From the NCBI GenBank assembly GCA_030704615.1, contig CM060731.1, positions 83,080,001 through 83,144,000 of the forward strand: a DNA stretch of 64,000 nucleotides, read 5' to 3'. This DNA is from Takakia lepidozioides. Lineage: Eukaryota; Plantae; Bryophyta. Numbering within the stretch: position 1 is the stretch's first letter; each line of letters opens with the position of its first letter. Below the pieces are notes generated by a model, which was given only the letters and a program-made list of their open reading frames with translations, was not told where the DNA came from and did no database searches. This document shows, piece after piece, positions 1 to 13,975 of the stretch. The position numbers and the translations under genes are program-made.

Positions 1-912
1 TAAGGCGTGGCATGGTGCCCTAAAACTGGAGGGCTGGGATGCGTTTTCGGGGCGGACGGTCCAGATCCTGCACCGACAGCGGACTGGTAGGGCGGAGTGG
101 CCGTAGCGGGCGTGGATGTTGTGGCTGCTGCATCCGCGGGCGCATGGGTCGCGGCCGAGGCGGGCGTGGGCCACGCACAGTGGCGGGCGCGGGGGGGGGG
201 GGGGGGGGCGCCCCTCGTCCGTACGTGGGGCACGCCACGGGGCTGGCGCGTGTGCATTGAAGACGCTATTATCTTAAAATGAGAGGCATCCCGACCAGTG
301 TTGTGCGGATATCAACATTTTAGTATACTAGGCATGGTAGGTTCTGGAGGGGTGCTTTGTTTATGAACTCTGGTATCATTCTAAGTATTGCAGAAATGAC
401 AAATTTGCAAATAATGTACTGGTATAAGTATTTCCTTTAGATATGCACAATATATGGTATCAATGATATGGGTTTTTTAAAAAAATATATCAATATGAGT
501 ATCAATATATATATTTTTAATAATAAAAGGGGACGGAGGACGGAGGCCTTTAAATCATATTAATAATAAAAGACCAAAGCCAGGGAATACATAGAAAAGT
601 TCAACAAAAAAAAGGAAAAAAATAACCCTATGGAGGCCATGAAGGCAGTACGACAGGGATATCACCCGCAACCAAGAGACCAACAAAAAGCAGGGCGAAG
701 CACCACAAGGCAAACTTAAGGGAAGGAAAAGAAAAACAAGCTCCAATAACCAAATAGAGCTTAGATCGCGGAGCTCCAAAATTGAACTGGTCATTTGAAC
801 TATTCAAATGGCTCATTCCAATATTCAAATGGCGGCGTCACCCCATTATGTGCCTTTAGTGTTGACGATTCCCTACCCAGGATGCACAACCAAATCTCCA
901 GCGATCCGTCCA

Positions 913-1048
913 TGTAGTATGAATATTAAGCTCTCATAGTCGCACAATAATGGTAACAGCCTGATATGAAATGGGAGCCCTGTAGTACGAATATTAAGTT
1001 CTCATAGTTGTACAATAATGGTAACAGCCTAATATGAAATGGGAGCCC
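913..1048. repeat. Tandem duplication, 2 x 68 bp, upstream of IVD
   Basis: tgtagta..gaatattaag..tctcatagt..caataatggtaacagcct..atatgaaatgggagccc occurs at 913-980 and 981-1048. Confidence 0.85.
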
Positions 1049-1380
1049 CAAACCGTTATCCATGGTATGCCCCTGGGTATTCGACCTACCACCTACGTAG
1101 GTTCTAGAAGAACCTGTTGATACCTACTATTGATACCCCAGCACACCCACAATACCCGTACAACACTGGTCCGACCCACCTTGCTTTTATGCGATTTGTT
1201 TGACAGATTTGCAAGCCCAGAGATTTACTAACGAAATTTCAGCAGGGCTGGCCTTCCATCCATTGTGACAATTGCAATCTGGTGCTTTGAGCTGTCGGTC
1301 GATACGACTTTTCGTGGGCAGAGAGAAACGGGGATTTCTGGCAAACAATTCCACCTCCGAGAGCGGAGCAGATAGAGAGA

Positions 1381-4300
1381 ATGAGGCAGCGATTGAATTT
1401 GGTGCGAAGGTTGTGGACCCAAGCGGCCGCAGGGAGGTGGTTGGCAGGGATTTCTGGCAAGCTTGCTACACCATTCCATGTAAGAAATTCGTTTCTTCTC
1501 CCTATAAATCAATGAATTCGAAATGGATATGTAAGTGTTTTGTCTAGAGAGAATGTTTCAGTGGTGTTCTCATTGACCGGGCTCTGTGATTGTTGGCTAT
1601 GACGTACTCTTGAGTAGCGTAGTCTCTAAGCCAGAGCCTATCACGATAGACAAAATTATGTAAAATCCTGAATTGGTATACGTAGAGTTTGTGACAAGCC
1701 TATTTCAATTCTGTTACTAGATATCTGATGACACAGCTTTATACGAAGGAATTGGGGCTGATTATATCGCAACTAGTTGCAATTATGGCTTTAGTGTCAC
1801 AGATTCATTTTATGCGCATATAACAAGCCTATCTCAATTCTGTTACTAGATATCTGATAACACAGCTTTACACGAAGGAATTGGGGCTGATTATATCGCA
1901 ACTAGTTGCAATTATGGTTTTAGTGTCACAGATTCAATTTATGTGCATATTTTTAGATTGGACTCAGTTACAGAGGCTCATGTACATTTGCTTTGTGATG
2001 TATCCCTCTTGCGGAGAGGTTTATCTGATTTGTTGAATGGGGTGTTGGCTGGTGCTTCGGCTCACTAATCAGAATGTTGTCAGCAAGCGTGCATCCTCGT
2101 CCAGACCTCTCCTTGATGATGCTTCTCGCAGCAGTGGGATGTGTAGCCTTCTACTTGATGATACTGCTGAGCAGGTCTCTATCTCTGTGTCCATCTCTAG
2201 GTGGTTAACAACCCATCATCTATTATGAAAGACTGGCAGAGGAGGAAACAAGAAAGAGAGAGATGCAGATCCACTGCGGATGCTTGGAGGAAGAGAGAGA
2301 GTACTGTGGGAAAGTGCTGTAGTCATGCAGTAAGATCTAGTAATTACTATAACCCTAAACCCTACATAAGCCCCACCCCTGGCTCTCTCACTACCTCTCT
2401 TGCTTTGTCCCTTTCGTCACTCCTTTCCGCTCAAACTGGGCGCGGGGTCAATGGCCACAAGGCTACGGCAAACAACGTCTTATGAGTACATTCTTTCGTC
2501 ACTCCCTGAGAAGATGATCAGTCCGGCAGCAGTGAGAGAGATTCTACACTTCTCATGATCACTCTGCTCCTGTCTCCCTCCCCCTTCACTTCTTAGTTTT
2601 AAGATGCACTGGTTGAGGAAATCACTAATAACTACAGCTTTCTGCTCCTTTGACAAACATGAAGTAACAAGTACATCTCCTGCTCTCTTCTCTCTCACCT
2701 TGTACCCAAATTGTTGTTTCCTCCCTGTCATTAGCTTCAGGATGCCTGCTAACTGTTGGAATATATGGTATATAAGACTGACGATGAGAGGCGTTTGATC
2801 GGGTTTCAGTTCAAGGAGAGCGTCAGGCAGTTTGCACTGGAGAATATTGCTCCTCATGCAGCTAAGATTGATGCCTACAATTCTTTTCCAAAGGTTGAAT
2901 TCTCTCCCTTCCTTTTCCACCATACAACCAAATGTATCAAATCATTGTTTATGAACTTCCATTTCCTTCCTTTGCCGACCAAGGTGCAAAACTTACATGT
3001 AGATACAAGACAAAGATGAACTTCTGCAGCACACTCTCTTTGTGGAGAAGAGAGACGTATTAGAGGGAGACACTACTCTCCTTAAAGGCTGCTCATCCCT
3101 AGCAGAGGCATTCAGTTTTGAAGAGCAGAAATGGCTTGCAGCTTTCTTTCACAATGGGCTGTCTTTTTCCAGCAAATCAGGTCTGTTTCTTTATTTCTCT
3201 ATGTGTGTGTGTTGTGCGTTCTTCTCCTCTCCCATGAACTCTTCCCATGGACATCGAGAAATCTTTTGTACTTCTTTCTTACCTGCCGGAGGCACTGTCT
3301 CCAGGTAATGTTTGGGGTTGTTTTGACGTGCTGTTTATTTTTTCCTTGAAGGCCTGCTTTTCCCTGGGTCATCTTCTGGGCCTCCTGTGGATGTAAACTA
3401 GTTATTCTTCTTCTCCACTCTCTGTTTGCTCAACAGTGTGGCTTGCAGTGGAACCACAGCCACATGTGTCACATAATATGGCTATACCAAATATATATAG
3501 GCTGGATGGAACACTACAGTATCGTCGTAGTATCCTGTAGGACTCAGCGGTGCTCTGTCTGTGCCTATATGGAATTGATGTCACATCTCCTACATCCAAA
3601 CCCACGAAAAAAATCGCTTTTGTAGAAGCTCAGCGAACAGTTTGCTACAACAAAATTAGTTTTTACGGTGCATTAGATCAAGGTGGCAGAATTGTGTGTG
3701 AAACAGGATGTCAACTTGTGGAAGCTGATGGGTAACTTTCATCTGCATGGTATCACTGTCCCAGGTAAGAAAGGGGCTCGCTTGGCAGTGCCTTAGCCAT
3801 GTGAAGCAGTTATAAAGTATCTTCAGAAGAGTCAGCATGTAGGTCTGTTTTGAAGTTTCTCATGTGACTTGGTGCACCAGGGTTGTGTTTTCTTCCCGTC
3901 CTTGGACATGTCATTGCCAATGTCATCCCAGAATACTCGAGCTTTGCATAATGCATTCTGAAGTTTGATCAGGTTTATAATATGTTGCTGTTGCAGAGGA
4001 GTTTGGGGGACTGGGGTTGGGCTACCTTTACCATTGCATAGCTATGGAGGAAATCAGTCGAGCTTCAGGATCTGTTGCACTCTCATACGGGGCCCACTCC
4101 AATCTTTGTATCAACCAAATGGTGGGTTCCAGTCCCTCACCTGGTTGTTGTTCCAAACTAAATGAAGTTGTGGCAGGCATGGCAACATGAGCTGATTTTA
4201 AAAGGTTGGCTGGTTGTTGCCAGGTGAGGCATGGAACCCAGTCTCAGAAGGAGAAGTATCTGCCAAAGGTCAGTGCCTTCATTACTCCTGGTTGATTAAC

Positions 4301-7300
4301 TAATTTGCAGATGATATCTCCTGTGGCCATCTATTGTTTCATACTTTCTGTTGCCCTTCTTGCGCTGGGAAGTACAGGGAAATCAAAAAGTGAAGAGGAT
4401 TCTTCTTTCACTGCCCTTTACACGATGAGATCCGTGGGAGATTCGACTGTCTATTCCGGGATACCCCATCTCTCACGGAGATCTTCCATTACAAGGATCA
4501 GAAATGCTTGCAGCTTACCTGCATGAAGTGCTGACTCTTAGACAATCCCTTGAGCTTTAGTTGCTTTTGGGCTGTGTCTTTCTTCCTTGTCCCATTAGCT
4601 TTTTGAGCTCCCCCCGGACGTTATGAAGTACCATCTCATTTCATTTCATTTCCCATAAGCTCTTTGAGCTTTCTGTTGACGTTATAAAGTATCGTTTCGT
4701 TTCTTTTAAGTCTTATTGGATCAAGGGTGGGATGACACATATTACATTAAAGCTAATCAGTGGAGAGCATGTTGGGGCGCTGGCCATGAGCGAACCTAAC
4801 TGTGAGTGGTGCTCACCCCTGGAATTATCGATGCATAGAATTACTGATGAATTTCTAGCTGTTATTTACATCCTCTTTGAGGCTCTGGAGGAGGTCAATT
4901 GTGATCTAGGTACAAAGACTTTCCTGAAGTGGTTAGGATCTCTTCAACTGCGAGTTCAGTCTGGGAGAAATCATTGGACCATTTGATCATGTTTTGAACT
5001 TAATGATAAATTCTCGCCAGCTGTAAAGATCATATCTGCTGGTAATAGTCTTGATTGTTCGATTGGGGGGGAACAGCGGGGTCAGATGTGGTGAGTATGA
5101 AATGTCAAGCAGAGAAGACAGAGGGTGGGTATGTCCTCAATGGCAACAAGATGTGGTGCACCAATGGTCCGGTGGCGAGCACTCTGGTATGCCTCAACAC
5201 CTCCTCTCTCTCTCCTCATATGTCTACAGCTGCCCTTTTCTGGACAGTGTGACTGCCAATCTCAGGGATGTGTCACATCTGTACTCAGGGCTACAGCAGC
5301 AGTTCCGTTTCTAAGTTTTGTTTGACTTTAAATCTGTCCTACATGTGTCTTTGTCCAGTGATTTGATTGTCTTAGTCTGTGGGTCATTCCTGTGTCAATC
5401 TTCAATCTCTATTCTCACATGTTGATTCATAAACCAGGACACTCTTGCTTGCTTTGGGCTGGCAATTGAGGGTGTTGACGTGGGTGTTCCTGGTGCCAAA
5501 CTGGCAGTTTGTGTACGCCAAAACGGATCTGAAAGCTGGAGCCCAAGGAATCACCGCCTTTATCATTGAGAAGGGCATGGAAGGGTATGTCTCGATAGAT
5601 TGTACTCATAAGACGTTGTTTGCCGTAGCCTTGTGGCCATTGACCCCGCGCCCAGTTTGAGCGGGAACAAAAGGGACAGAACCTACCTCTGTCAGGGGCT
5701 GACTTACCTCCATATAAAGAATTAATCCGGATTTTCCAGATATCCTCTAGAAATCCCTTCACACAAGCATCAATCTGCTGTGTGTGATTTGCCCAAAAAC
5801 TAGGCCTCAGGAGGGCCTGGACTTTTGGCTCAGCCTCGAGACTTTCAAAGTTGGTAAACAGGGGTACAGGCACAATTCCCTTAATAGATTTGAAGAGAGC
5901 GTCTCTTTGGTGAGAGAACCCCGGACAGTGTATCAGAAAATGAATACTGTCTTCAGATTGCCCACACAATGGGCAATTGCACTCTCCCTTTCCTCTCTGC
6001 TTCTGTTTGCTGTTCAAAGGTAGGCTTCCTGCCCTGAGTTTAAATTTCAGTCTAGTGCCGAGAGTGGGTAGACCCTTGAGGTCATCCAAGATGTCCTCCC
6101 CCATGTCACAGACTGGAAACAAGTTCAGGGAAGTTTTCTGCCTAACTTCATTTTCATCAGACGATCTCATGGCAACAGACATGGCTGAGGACTCTACAGC
6201 CTCTAAGTCAGATTTATCCAGCAGGGTCAAGACTTGCAGATCCAGGTCCAGGTCCTTGAGGATCTCTTCTACTCTCTTCTGCCAGGACTTAGCCTGTTTG
6301 ACAGGGCGGTCCTGTTTCCAAGATATAGAGTCGATTAACTTAGGATATCTGGTGTTGGGCATATGTTGCAGCTGACCCCACCATCTGACCTTGAATTCAT
6401 CTCGTCGGGAGCTTAAGGACGGAATGCCAAACTCACCCCGAACAGCCACATTGGCTGTTTTGCTGACATACACTCCTTAAGCACCCCCACTTGAATGGAT
6501 TCTAGAGACTTAGCCTGGTTGGAGTTATCAACCCATATAGCAGATCCGTACTCCAAGGCAGGTCTAATAACGCGACAAAGCATGGTTTTCTTAACCTCAG
6601 AGTTGACCCCTCTGCAGTGGAAAAATTTAGTGAGCCCCAGAGCTTTGCCCTTGCCAGTTTGAACAACTTTCCGGATATGTGCATCCCAATTACAATTGGA
6701 GGAGAACTCAACGCCCAGGTAAGTGTAGGAAGGGAGGACCGGGATCTCTTGGCTATCCCACTGCCACTTAAGATCACTTCCTCCCTCTCCTCTGTCGTTG
6801 AATGCTACCACTGCACATTTGCTGACATTAGCCTCTAGCCCCCAAAGATCAAAGTATCTCTTCGCGCAATCAATCAACTCCTGGAGATTGGTTGGAGTCT
6901 CCCCTATGCCTGCGAAGTCATCCGCAAACATAAGGGCTGGTATGGTGGTATCACCCACCCTTAACCCAAATCCCTCACTTTCCACATCCTCGAGGAGTTG
7001 ATTGATGAAAACATTGAAGAGCAGAGGGGAGAGAGTACATCCTTGAGCTACACCTTGGTCTATGTCAAAGAAGTTGGACTTCTGTCCGTTAACAGTGACA
7101 CAGCTTTTGGTGTGAGCAAGTTGTGGACAACTCTCCACATCTTTCCCTTGATCCCACAAGACCAGAGGGGGAACCATAGGCCATCTTTCCACACTGTGTC
7201 ATAAGCCTTTTTGACATCCAGGAAAAAGACATAAGTGGGTTTCCCTTCTTTTTTCCTTCCCTGGATAATCTGGCTTAGAGTGAAGATATGATCCACACAG

Positions 7301-10300
7301 CCCCTGTTTCGCCAAAAGCCAGCTTGGCCTTCGTGGAAACAACCTCTAGACTCCAGATCAACCTCGAGACGAGTACTTATAACTCTGCAGAATGTCTTGC
7401 CAACAGCATTGAGGAGCGTGATGCCACGGTAGTTCCCCATTTCTTCTCTGTCACCCTTCTTGTATAGATTGACAATGACCCCCTGTCGCCAGCGAAAGGG
7501 GATCATTTCAGTCTTCCAGATAAGGTTAAAGAGGAGAACTAGGGCCTCTATCATGGGATCGCCACCGTGCTTGATAAGCTCGTTGACAATACCATCAGGT
7601 CCACCAGCTTTATATCCATTTAAATGTTCAATTGCTTCCACAATCTCAGAAGAACTAATGGGAGCATTATAAGCCATTGAAATATACTCCAGTTCATCAG
7701 GGCTGTTTTGAATCATAGGAACAGTTTTTCCAACTGTGTCCCTCCATTCAGCAGAAGACCCCTCACTGTTAGACCTAGAAGTTCTGCCAAGGATACTGTA
7801 GTGAGTTTCAAAGGTTTTGACAATGTCAACCGATGAAGTCACCACTGCACCTTTAGTAGTCTTCAGCGCTTGTACTTGCTGACCGTTTTTCGGTTTGTAC
7901 AAACGTTGAAGGGCCAACCAGAATTTCTTGTCATTACCACCATGGTGGTTTGAGTTTATTTCACTGTATAACTTGTCCCAGTATAATTTCTTCTGAGACC
8001 TAACAAGCTGATTGATATCTTTACGGAGCTGGTAGTACCTCGCCCACAATTCTCTGTTGGTTTCCAAATTGCAGCACTCTTTATATGTCTCGATAGAGAA
8101 AGAAAGAAGGAAGGGGGAGGTTTTTATTGGCTTGTTTTTTGAAACCAGATTGACCCATTAGTGTTTTTACTTGGGCACTGACAAACATTCCATTAAACTT
8201 GTCTGCAAGGATTGAGAGGATGCGGTGTTTTTAGTTACCAATTATCTACGATATTTTCAATGTCGTAGTCCCTTTTGTCATCCATTTGTCGATGCTTTGA
8301 GAGGTTGTGGTGTTATGCTAGTGTATCAATCTTCTACTATGTCTTCATGTACTAGTTCTTTTCCTTCCATCTGTGCAGATATAGCACAGCCCAGAAGCTG
8401 GACAAGCTTGGCATGAGAGGCAGTGACACGTAAGTTTTTCCTCTACTTTGAACCTATGATGGACCAGGGAATTTTGCTGCCATGTGGTTTGGGACAATGA
8501 GTTGTGGAATATTGTTGAGTGATTCTTTGGGTTGGCTTAATTTTCTCTATATTGGTCCAGCTTCTCTCTCCCTCTGCAAGTACAATGGGTTTATTTTAGA
8601 ATGAAGTTGAACTAAAAAATGCTTCCTGTCCATTGCTTTTATTCAGATCTATTTCTGCACAATTGATACATCCCGTCTACTGAATACTGGCAGACAAAGT
8701 AATAATCCCGAGGCTCCTACTTCCACTTCCTCTCATAAATTAACACACAATGCTGCTCCCCTCTAGGGACAGGAGAGGATGAAAGCAAATTCATAGGAAA
8801 ATGGCATGGGATCACGGTCGAAAATTGGCAATAGAGAGAAAAAGGCCAGTCATAATTACCAGCATCTGAGACATGCTTGGAATAGTTGTACCAAAAGCAG
8901 AACAGAGATTCCGACCATCCTGATCAGTCCAGTAAATTAAGGATTCACATTTGATCCAGCCAGATGCAATGGATGCCCCACCCCTCACAATTCACACTTC
9001 CTTTCCCCCGTCTTTTCCTCCTCATCGCCTTGGGGTTTGGGTGCCTCCTGCATGAAAGGATAGACCAGCAAATCCAGCCTCTGACATTGTACAGAATCTC
9101 TTTCCCTAGTTCAATACAGAATTTCTGACATGGGGACAGTAGCAAGACCAAGATCCACACCACGAACCGAGCACGTCTGTGCCATGTTTGCTACTCCAAC
9201 ACTCAAACATCAGCTCTTGTTCTCTTTTCTCAATCGCTTCAGCTATTGGAAGTGTGCGGAAAGAACCCACCAACTGAGACAGATATGTTAAAAGTGTCAC
9301 TGGTCATTTTATTTTGAACCAAATTCCCTGCACTCCAAAATGATCCTGGCCTTTCTTTACTCATTTAGACACATTACTGCTTCAGCTCCAATAGCCCACT
9401 TAGTCTTCTTAGGTGATTTGAAATTTGGTCTGGCAGGTGTGAGCTGGTGTTTGATAATTGCTTCGTCTCCAATGACCAGGTTCTTGGACTGGAGGGCAAA
9501 GGTTTGTAGCCTCTCCACTTTTCATGCTGCAAAGTACTGTACTGTTTGGGTGGTTTTGCCAACTGCTTAATTGTGCTTCAGCAGGAAGGTTAATTGGATA
9601 CAACGGTCTTTGTATGTGGGGGCGGCAGGGGTGTATGTGATGATGTCAGGCTTAGATCTGGAGAGGCTGGTATTGGCTGCTGGGCCCCTGGGCTTGATGC
9701 AAGCATGCCTTGATGTTGTGCTTCCTTATGTGCATGAGCGTGAACAATTTGGCCGCCCTATTGGTGAATTCCAGTTAATGCAGGTTCAATTTTTTCCTGT
9801 TGACTTTGTCATTTTTTGTCTGGATCCCGTTTCTTAAATTTTTACTCTCTCTGTGGGTAAATGAAGGGACTTGCTGATGAGGATGACTCAAAGATCCCCT
9901 GATGCACTTGCAGTAATTCAGATGACTCTTTTCTTGCCTTCTGACTTTCTTGTGCCTTCAGAATTTTCTCTCTCCTTTGTGTTCCCCTATCCTCTACCGT
10001 CTATCCTCTCTCTGTGACGGTGCAGATGTGCTTGGATGTTGCGATGTACAGGGAAAACTAGCTGATATGTACACAAGCATGCAAGCCTCCAGGTATGTAG
10101 ATTTTGTAAATGTGGACAGGCAGGACACAGTAGAACTAGCATAAAAGAAGAAAGAAAGATTGTACTCATAAGACGTTGTTTGCCGTAGCCTTGTGGCCAT
10201 TGACCCCGCGCCCAGTTTGAGCGGGAACAAAAGGGACAGAACCTACCTCTGTCAGGGGCTGACGTTGGTAGTAAGACTTACCTTCATATATAGAATTAAT

Positions 10301-12698
10301 CCGGGTTTTCCAGATATCCTCTAGAAATCCCTTCACACAAGCATCAATCTGCTGTGTGTGATTTGCCCAAAAACTAGGCCTCAGGAGGGCCTGGACTTTT
10401 GGCTCAGCCTCGAGACTTTCAAAGTTGGTAAACAGGGGTACAGGCACAATTCCCTTGATAGATTTGAAGAGAGCGTCTCTTTGGTGAGAGAACCCCGGAC
10501 AGTGTATCAGAAAATGAATACTGTCTTCAGATTGCCCACACAACGGGCAATTGCACTCTCCCTTTCCTCTCTGCTTCTGTTTGCTGTTCAAAGGTAGGCT
10601 TCCTGCCCTGAGTTTAAATTTCAGTCTAGTGCCGAGAGTGGGTAGACCCTTGAGGTCATCCAAAATGTCCTCCCCCATGTCACTGACTGGAAACAAGTTC
10701 AGGGAAGTTTTCTGCCTAACTTCATTTTCATCAGACAATCTCATGGCAACAGACATGGCTGAGGACACTACAGCCTCTAAGTCAGATTTATCCAGCAGGG
10801 TCAAGACTTGCGGATCCAGGTCCAGGTCCTTGAGAATCTCTTCTACTCTCTTCTGCCAGGACTTAGCCTATTTGACAGGGCGGTCCTGTTTCCAAGATAT
10901 AGAGTCGATTAACTTAGGATATCTGGTGTTGGGCATATGTTGCAGCTGACCCCACCATCTGACCTTGAATTCATCTCGTCGGGAGCTTAAGGACGGAATG
11001 CCAAACTCACCCCGAACAGCCACATTGGCTGTTTTGGAGCATGCTGACATACACTCCTTAAGCACCCCCACTTGAATGGATTCTAGAGACTTAGCCTGGT
11101 TGGAGTTATCAACCCATATAGCAGATCCGTACTCCAAGGCAGGTCTAATAACGCGACAAAGCATGGTTTTCTTAACCTCAGAGTTGACCCCTCTGCAGTG
11201 GAAAAGAGAGAAGAAGAAAGAAGAAAGAAAGAAAGAGACTTTATATAGTCCGACGGAAGCAAAAGAGCTTATAGGACAAAGAATGCAGGAAAGAAAGTGG
11301 GGCCCTTAATAAGCAGCCCAAAAACAACGATTCATCGAGAAAGAGAAACGAAGTAACAAAGAGAAAGGAAGGAAAATTATATTATCCAGAGAAACCTTAA
11401 GAGCTTATGGGACAAGAACAATAATGAACCAAGGAGACACTAGAGAGAGTTTTGGAACTAGTACTCCACTAATGGCGAGCGTCGGACTTCTGTTGGTGCT
11501 GGCTTTTTCAGATCTTCTGCCAACTATTCTTTAGTTTTCCTGAAAGTTTTTCCCTGATTTTACAGTTGAGAGAAAGAGAGAAAAATCTTAATTTTGTTAA
11601 ATTGCGTTTTGCCACAGAAATGGAGTCTGGCATGAATTGATCCAATTCTATCATAAATTGCAAACCTAATGCAATTGGGATTCCACATGTGAGATGATTC
11701 TGGGGTTCAAAAACCTCTAGGGGGTTTTAAGGTTCATGCGGTGGGTGCTGTGTGCAGAGCCTTTGTGTACTCTGTTGCCCGCATGTGTGATGCTGGCCAT
11801 GCTCCAAGGAAGGTACTGTCCTGAAACCCCCTTACTCCATCCCTCCTTGGCAGTGGCTTTGCCAGAATTCAGCCTCTTGTGTACCTAGACCAAGCTTGTC
11901 CTCAACCCTCACTGTATGATGGTTGACGAAACTCATACAAGAAATCTTGGGTTCATCCTTCTTGATATTTTTGACATGTGTACTACTCTTTTGCTTAGTT
12001 TGTATGATGATTTATGGTCCACTTGCAATTGGATGGATTTTGAATAGGGCATTTACTGATTCAGTGGTTGGTGCTTCTTTCAATCGTGTTTCTTTGGGTG
12101 GTTATTTAGGATTGTGCAGCAGTGATCCTCTTTGCTGCTGAGAATGCAACCCAAGTGGCCCTCCAGGTACCCCAACCAACCTCCCCCTAGTTGCTTATTG
12201 TGGTCCTCCTTCTCATGTTGGTGCCTCGTAAGATTGATCACCATTCATCTCCTACATGTCCCCCTTGGGCCTCCTAAATGTCTTCCTTCCTTTGTCTAAA
12301 AGCTGTTTAAGCTTCCCATGGATACTATTAAGTTTTTTTTGCCTTTTCTATCACTGTCGTGACTCCTTTGCACTCTGCACTTCGATGCATAATCTTCTTT
12401 TAAGCCGCGTTCCAATACAACCTTCCATACTTCTTTGTTAGACCAGATGTAGATCCCGATGGTTAGGAGAGCCTTTGTCATGGCAGAATTTGTCTTTGAC
12501 TCTGGTCATTTTGCTGACATCAAAATATGGTGAAATTGTGCACTTGTGCAGGCAATCCAGTGTCTGGGTGGGAATGGGTATGTGAATGAGTATTCAACGG
12601 GGCGGCTCCTACGCGATGCGAAGCTGTATGAGATTGGAGCTGGTACAAGTGAAATACGTCGCATGTTGATTGGGCGTGAGCTCTTTAAGGAAGGATAG
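1381..12698 (+). CDS. IVD: Isovaleryl-CoA dehydrogenase, mitochondrial (16 exons, ~439 aa)
   Basis: GT-AG exons read from the sequence: 1381-1479, 2073-2174, 2810-2893, 3707-3764, 3997-4121, 4224-4268, 4753-4801, 5077-5186, 5508-5584, 8379-8429, 9437-9501, 9629-9783, 10052-10092, 11758-11812, 12110-12166, 12552-12698. They sum to 1320 nt in frame. Peptides [65 protein letters not shown] and [20 protein letters not shown] match plant IVD. Exon 1 ([12 protein letters not shown]...) looks like an Arg-rich mitochondrial transit peptide and is the least certain exon. Confidence 0.95.
1694..1950. repeat. Tandem duplication, 2 x 129 bp, in IVD intron 1
   Basis: acaagcctat..tcaattctgttactagatatctga...ttagtgtcacagattca starts at 1694 and again at 1823. 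Confidence 0.9.
2424..2492 (+). mobile_element. Extremely 5'-truncated LINE copy (~69 bp) in IVD intron 2
   Basis: Matches the 3' end of the larger LINE copies (gctcaaactgggcgcggggtcaatggccacaaggctacggcaaacaacgtcttatgagtaca). Flanked by a 13-bp TSD, ctttcgtcactcc, at 2411-2423 and 2493-2505. Confidence 0.9.
5600..8083 (-). mobile_element. 5'-truncated non-LTR retrotransposon (LINE; RT + C-terminal Zn finger), frameshifted, in IVD intron 9
   Basis: ORFs 7060-8067, 6413-7192 and 5427-6473 carry RT motifs [52 protein letters not shown] and a CPLC..H..C finger. 14-bp TSD tatgtctcgataga at 5586-5599 and 8084-8097. Confidence 0.95.
10160..11205 (-). mobile_element. 5'-truncated copy of the same LINE (3' ~1 kb) in IVD intron 13
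   Basis: Near-identical to 5600-6625. Probable low-complexity TSD aaagaagaaagaaaga at 10144-10159 and 11217-11232. Confidence 0.93.
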
Positions 12699-13480
12699 CC
12701 TCTGCTGTTATCAATATATGAAGCGCTGATTTTGGATACCTTGGGGTCGGGTCTGTATTTTCTATGAGCCATGAGCACATTTAAGCACGAGCAGAAGCAA
12801 AAATAAACATGAGCAGAGCATATTTTGTCGAATATTCCCTAATTCCGCTGTCGCTGGAGCTGCATTTTGGCATTTTTTGCAGTTAAAATATCCAAGATGT
12901 CCCCGGATAACAGAATATTGGAGGTAGGTCCGGATGCGGAGATAGGTTCGGGGGTTCACCTAAATCTGGCAGTCGGTTCGGCACAGACTTCGGCTGCCCA
13001 TGTTATGCCTGTAATCTGTTATGTAAAGTTTAATATGTATGTATTTAGTTTTATGAGCTTTTTAATTTTTCACAAGTTGCGGTTGAGATGGCGGCACAGG
13101 CTTTTCGGATGCTGTACTGTTATATACTATAAGTTTCCCATCCCACCATGAAATGCGACTACATGGCTTCAAACACACCACCTCGATGAATGTTATAAAA
13201 TAAGAAAATGCCCAAAAATGTTATGGTCTTCCAATTTTTGAACGAGGAGCAAAGTCAAAGTAGAAGAACAGTCCGAAAGTCAAACACTGCTCATCCATAA
13301 GTTGGCAAAGACTTGTAGAACAGTAGAAGACCCTTTCTGACAAGTGGCAATAGACGTATGGAATGGAATTTACTATTTCTGAAAACATGAACATTGGAAC
13401 GAAAAGTCGATGTAGAGCATAAGGCGACATCGTAGGCAAATGCTCCTCACTTCCCTCGCAGAAGGACGCCTGTGATCATG

Positions 13481-13975
13481 TTATTCCACCCATACGCAGG
13501 GATCATTGCGAAGCATTGCACTGACCTCGTTCATACTCAAAGTAGGATAATTAATTAAGGGGCTGTCAGCACGACAGCGGAGACGCCGAAGAAAAATCCA
13601 GTATATGTGCTTGCAGTGGGTGTACCCTTCCTTCAGATTATGCATCTTCACAAAGTCGGGACATGTGCACTCGTAAATGCCAATTGAGACGTAATAAACC
13701 TGCCCATTGGTCGCTGAGCCTGAAGTACCGATGGTGTAAACTCTTCCCATCCCCGGTCGAGGAACATCACGGAAGTTCTGAACGATACCTGCGTGACCTC
13801 GCCAATCCCACCTTCGTCCTATTAACAGTTGTCTGTTTTTTCCGGTTAAATTGCTTGCCCCATCTGCACTAATAGTCCCGATTCTGATGAGCTCCGGGTT
13901 GTTGGGCACCAACGTCCTCCTCCATTTGAAAACGTGGGACATCATCCCTCGGGACCAGGCAAAACCCGGGTGCAT
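13481..13975 (-). pseudogene. SWIM zinc-finger segment of the MULE-like element
   Basis: YYVSIGIYECTCPDFVKMH...HCKHIYWIF fits the CxCx(n)CxH SWIM signature. Confidence 0.75.

Noticed and set aside
5427-5660. LINE ORF overlapping an IVD exon as a fusion gene
   Set aside because: The read-through results from a small deletion near 5700 that shifts the frame past the normal stop. The two are on opposite strands.
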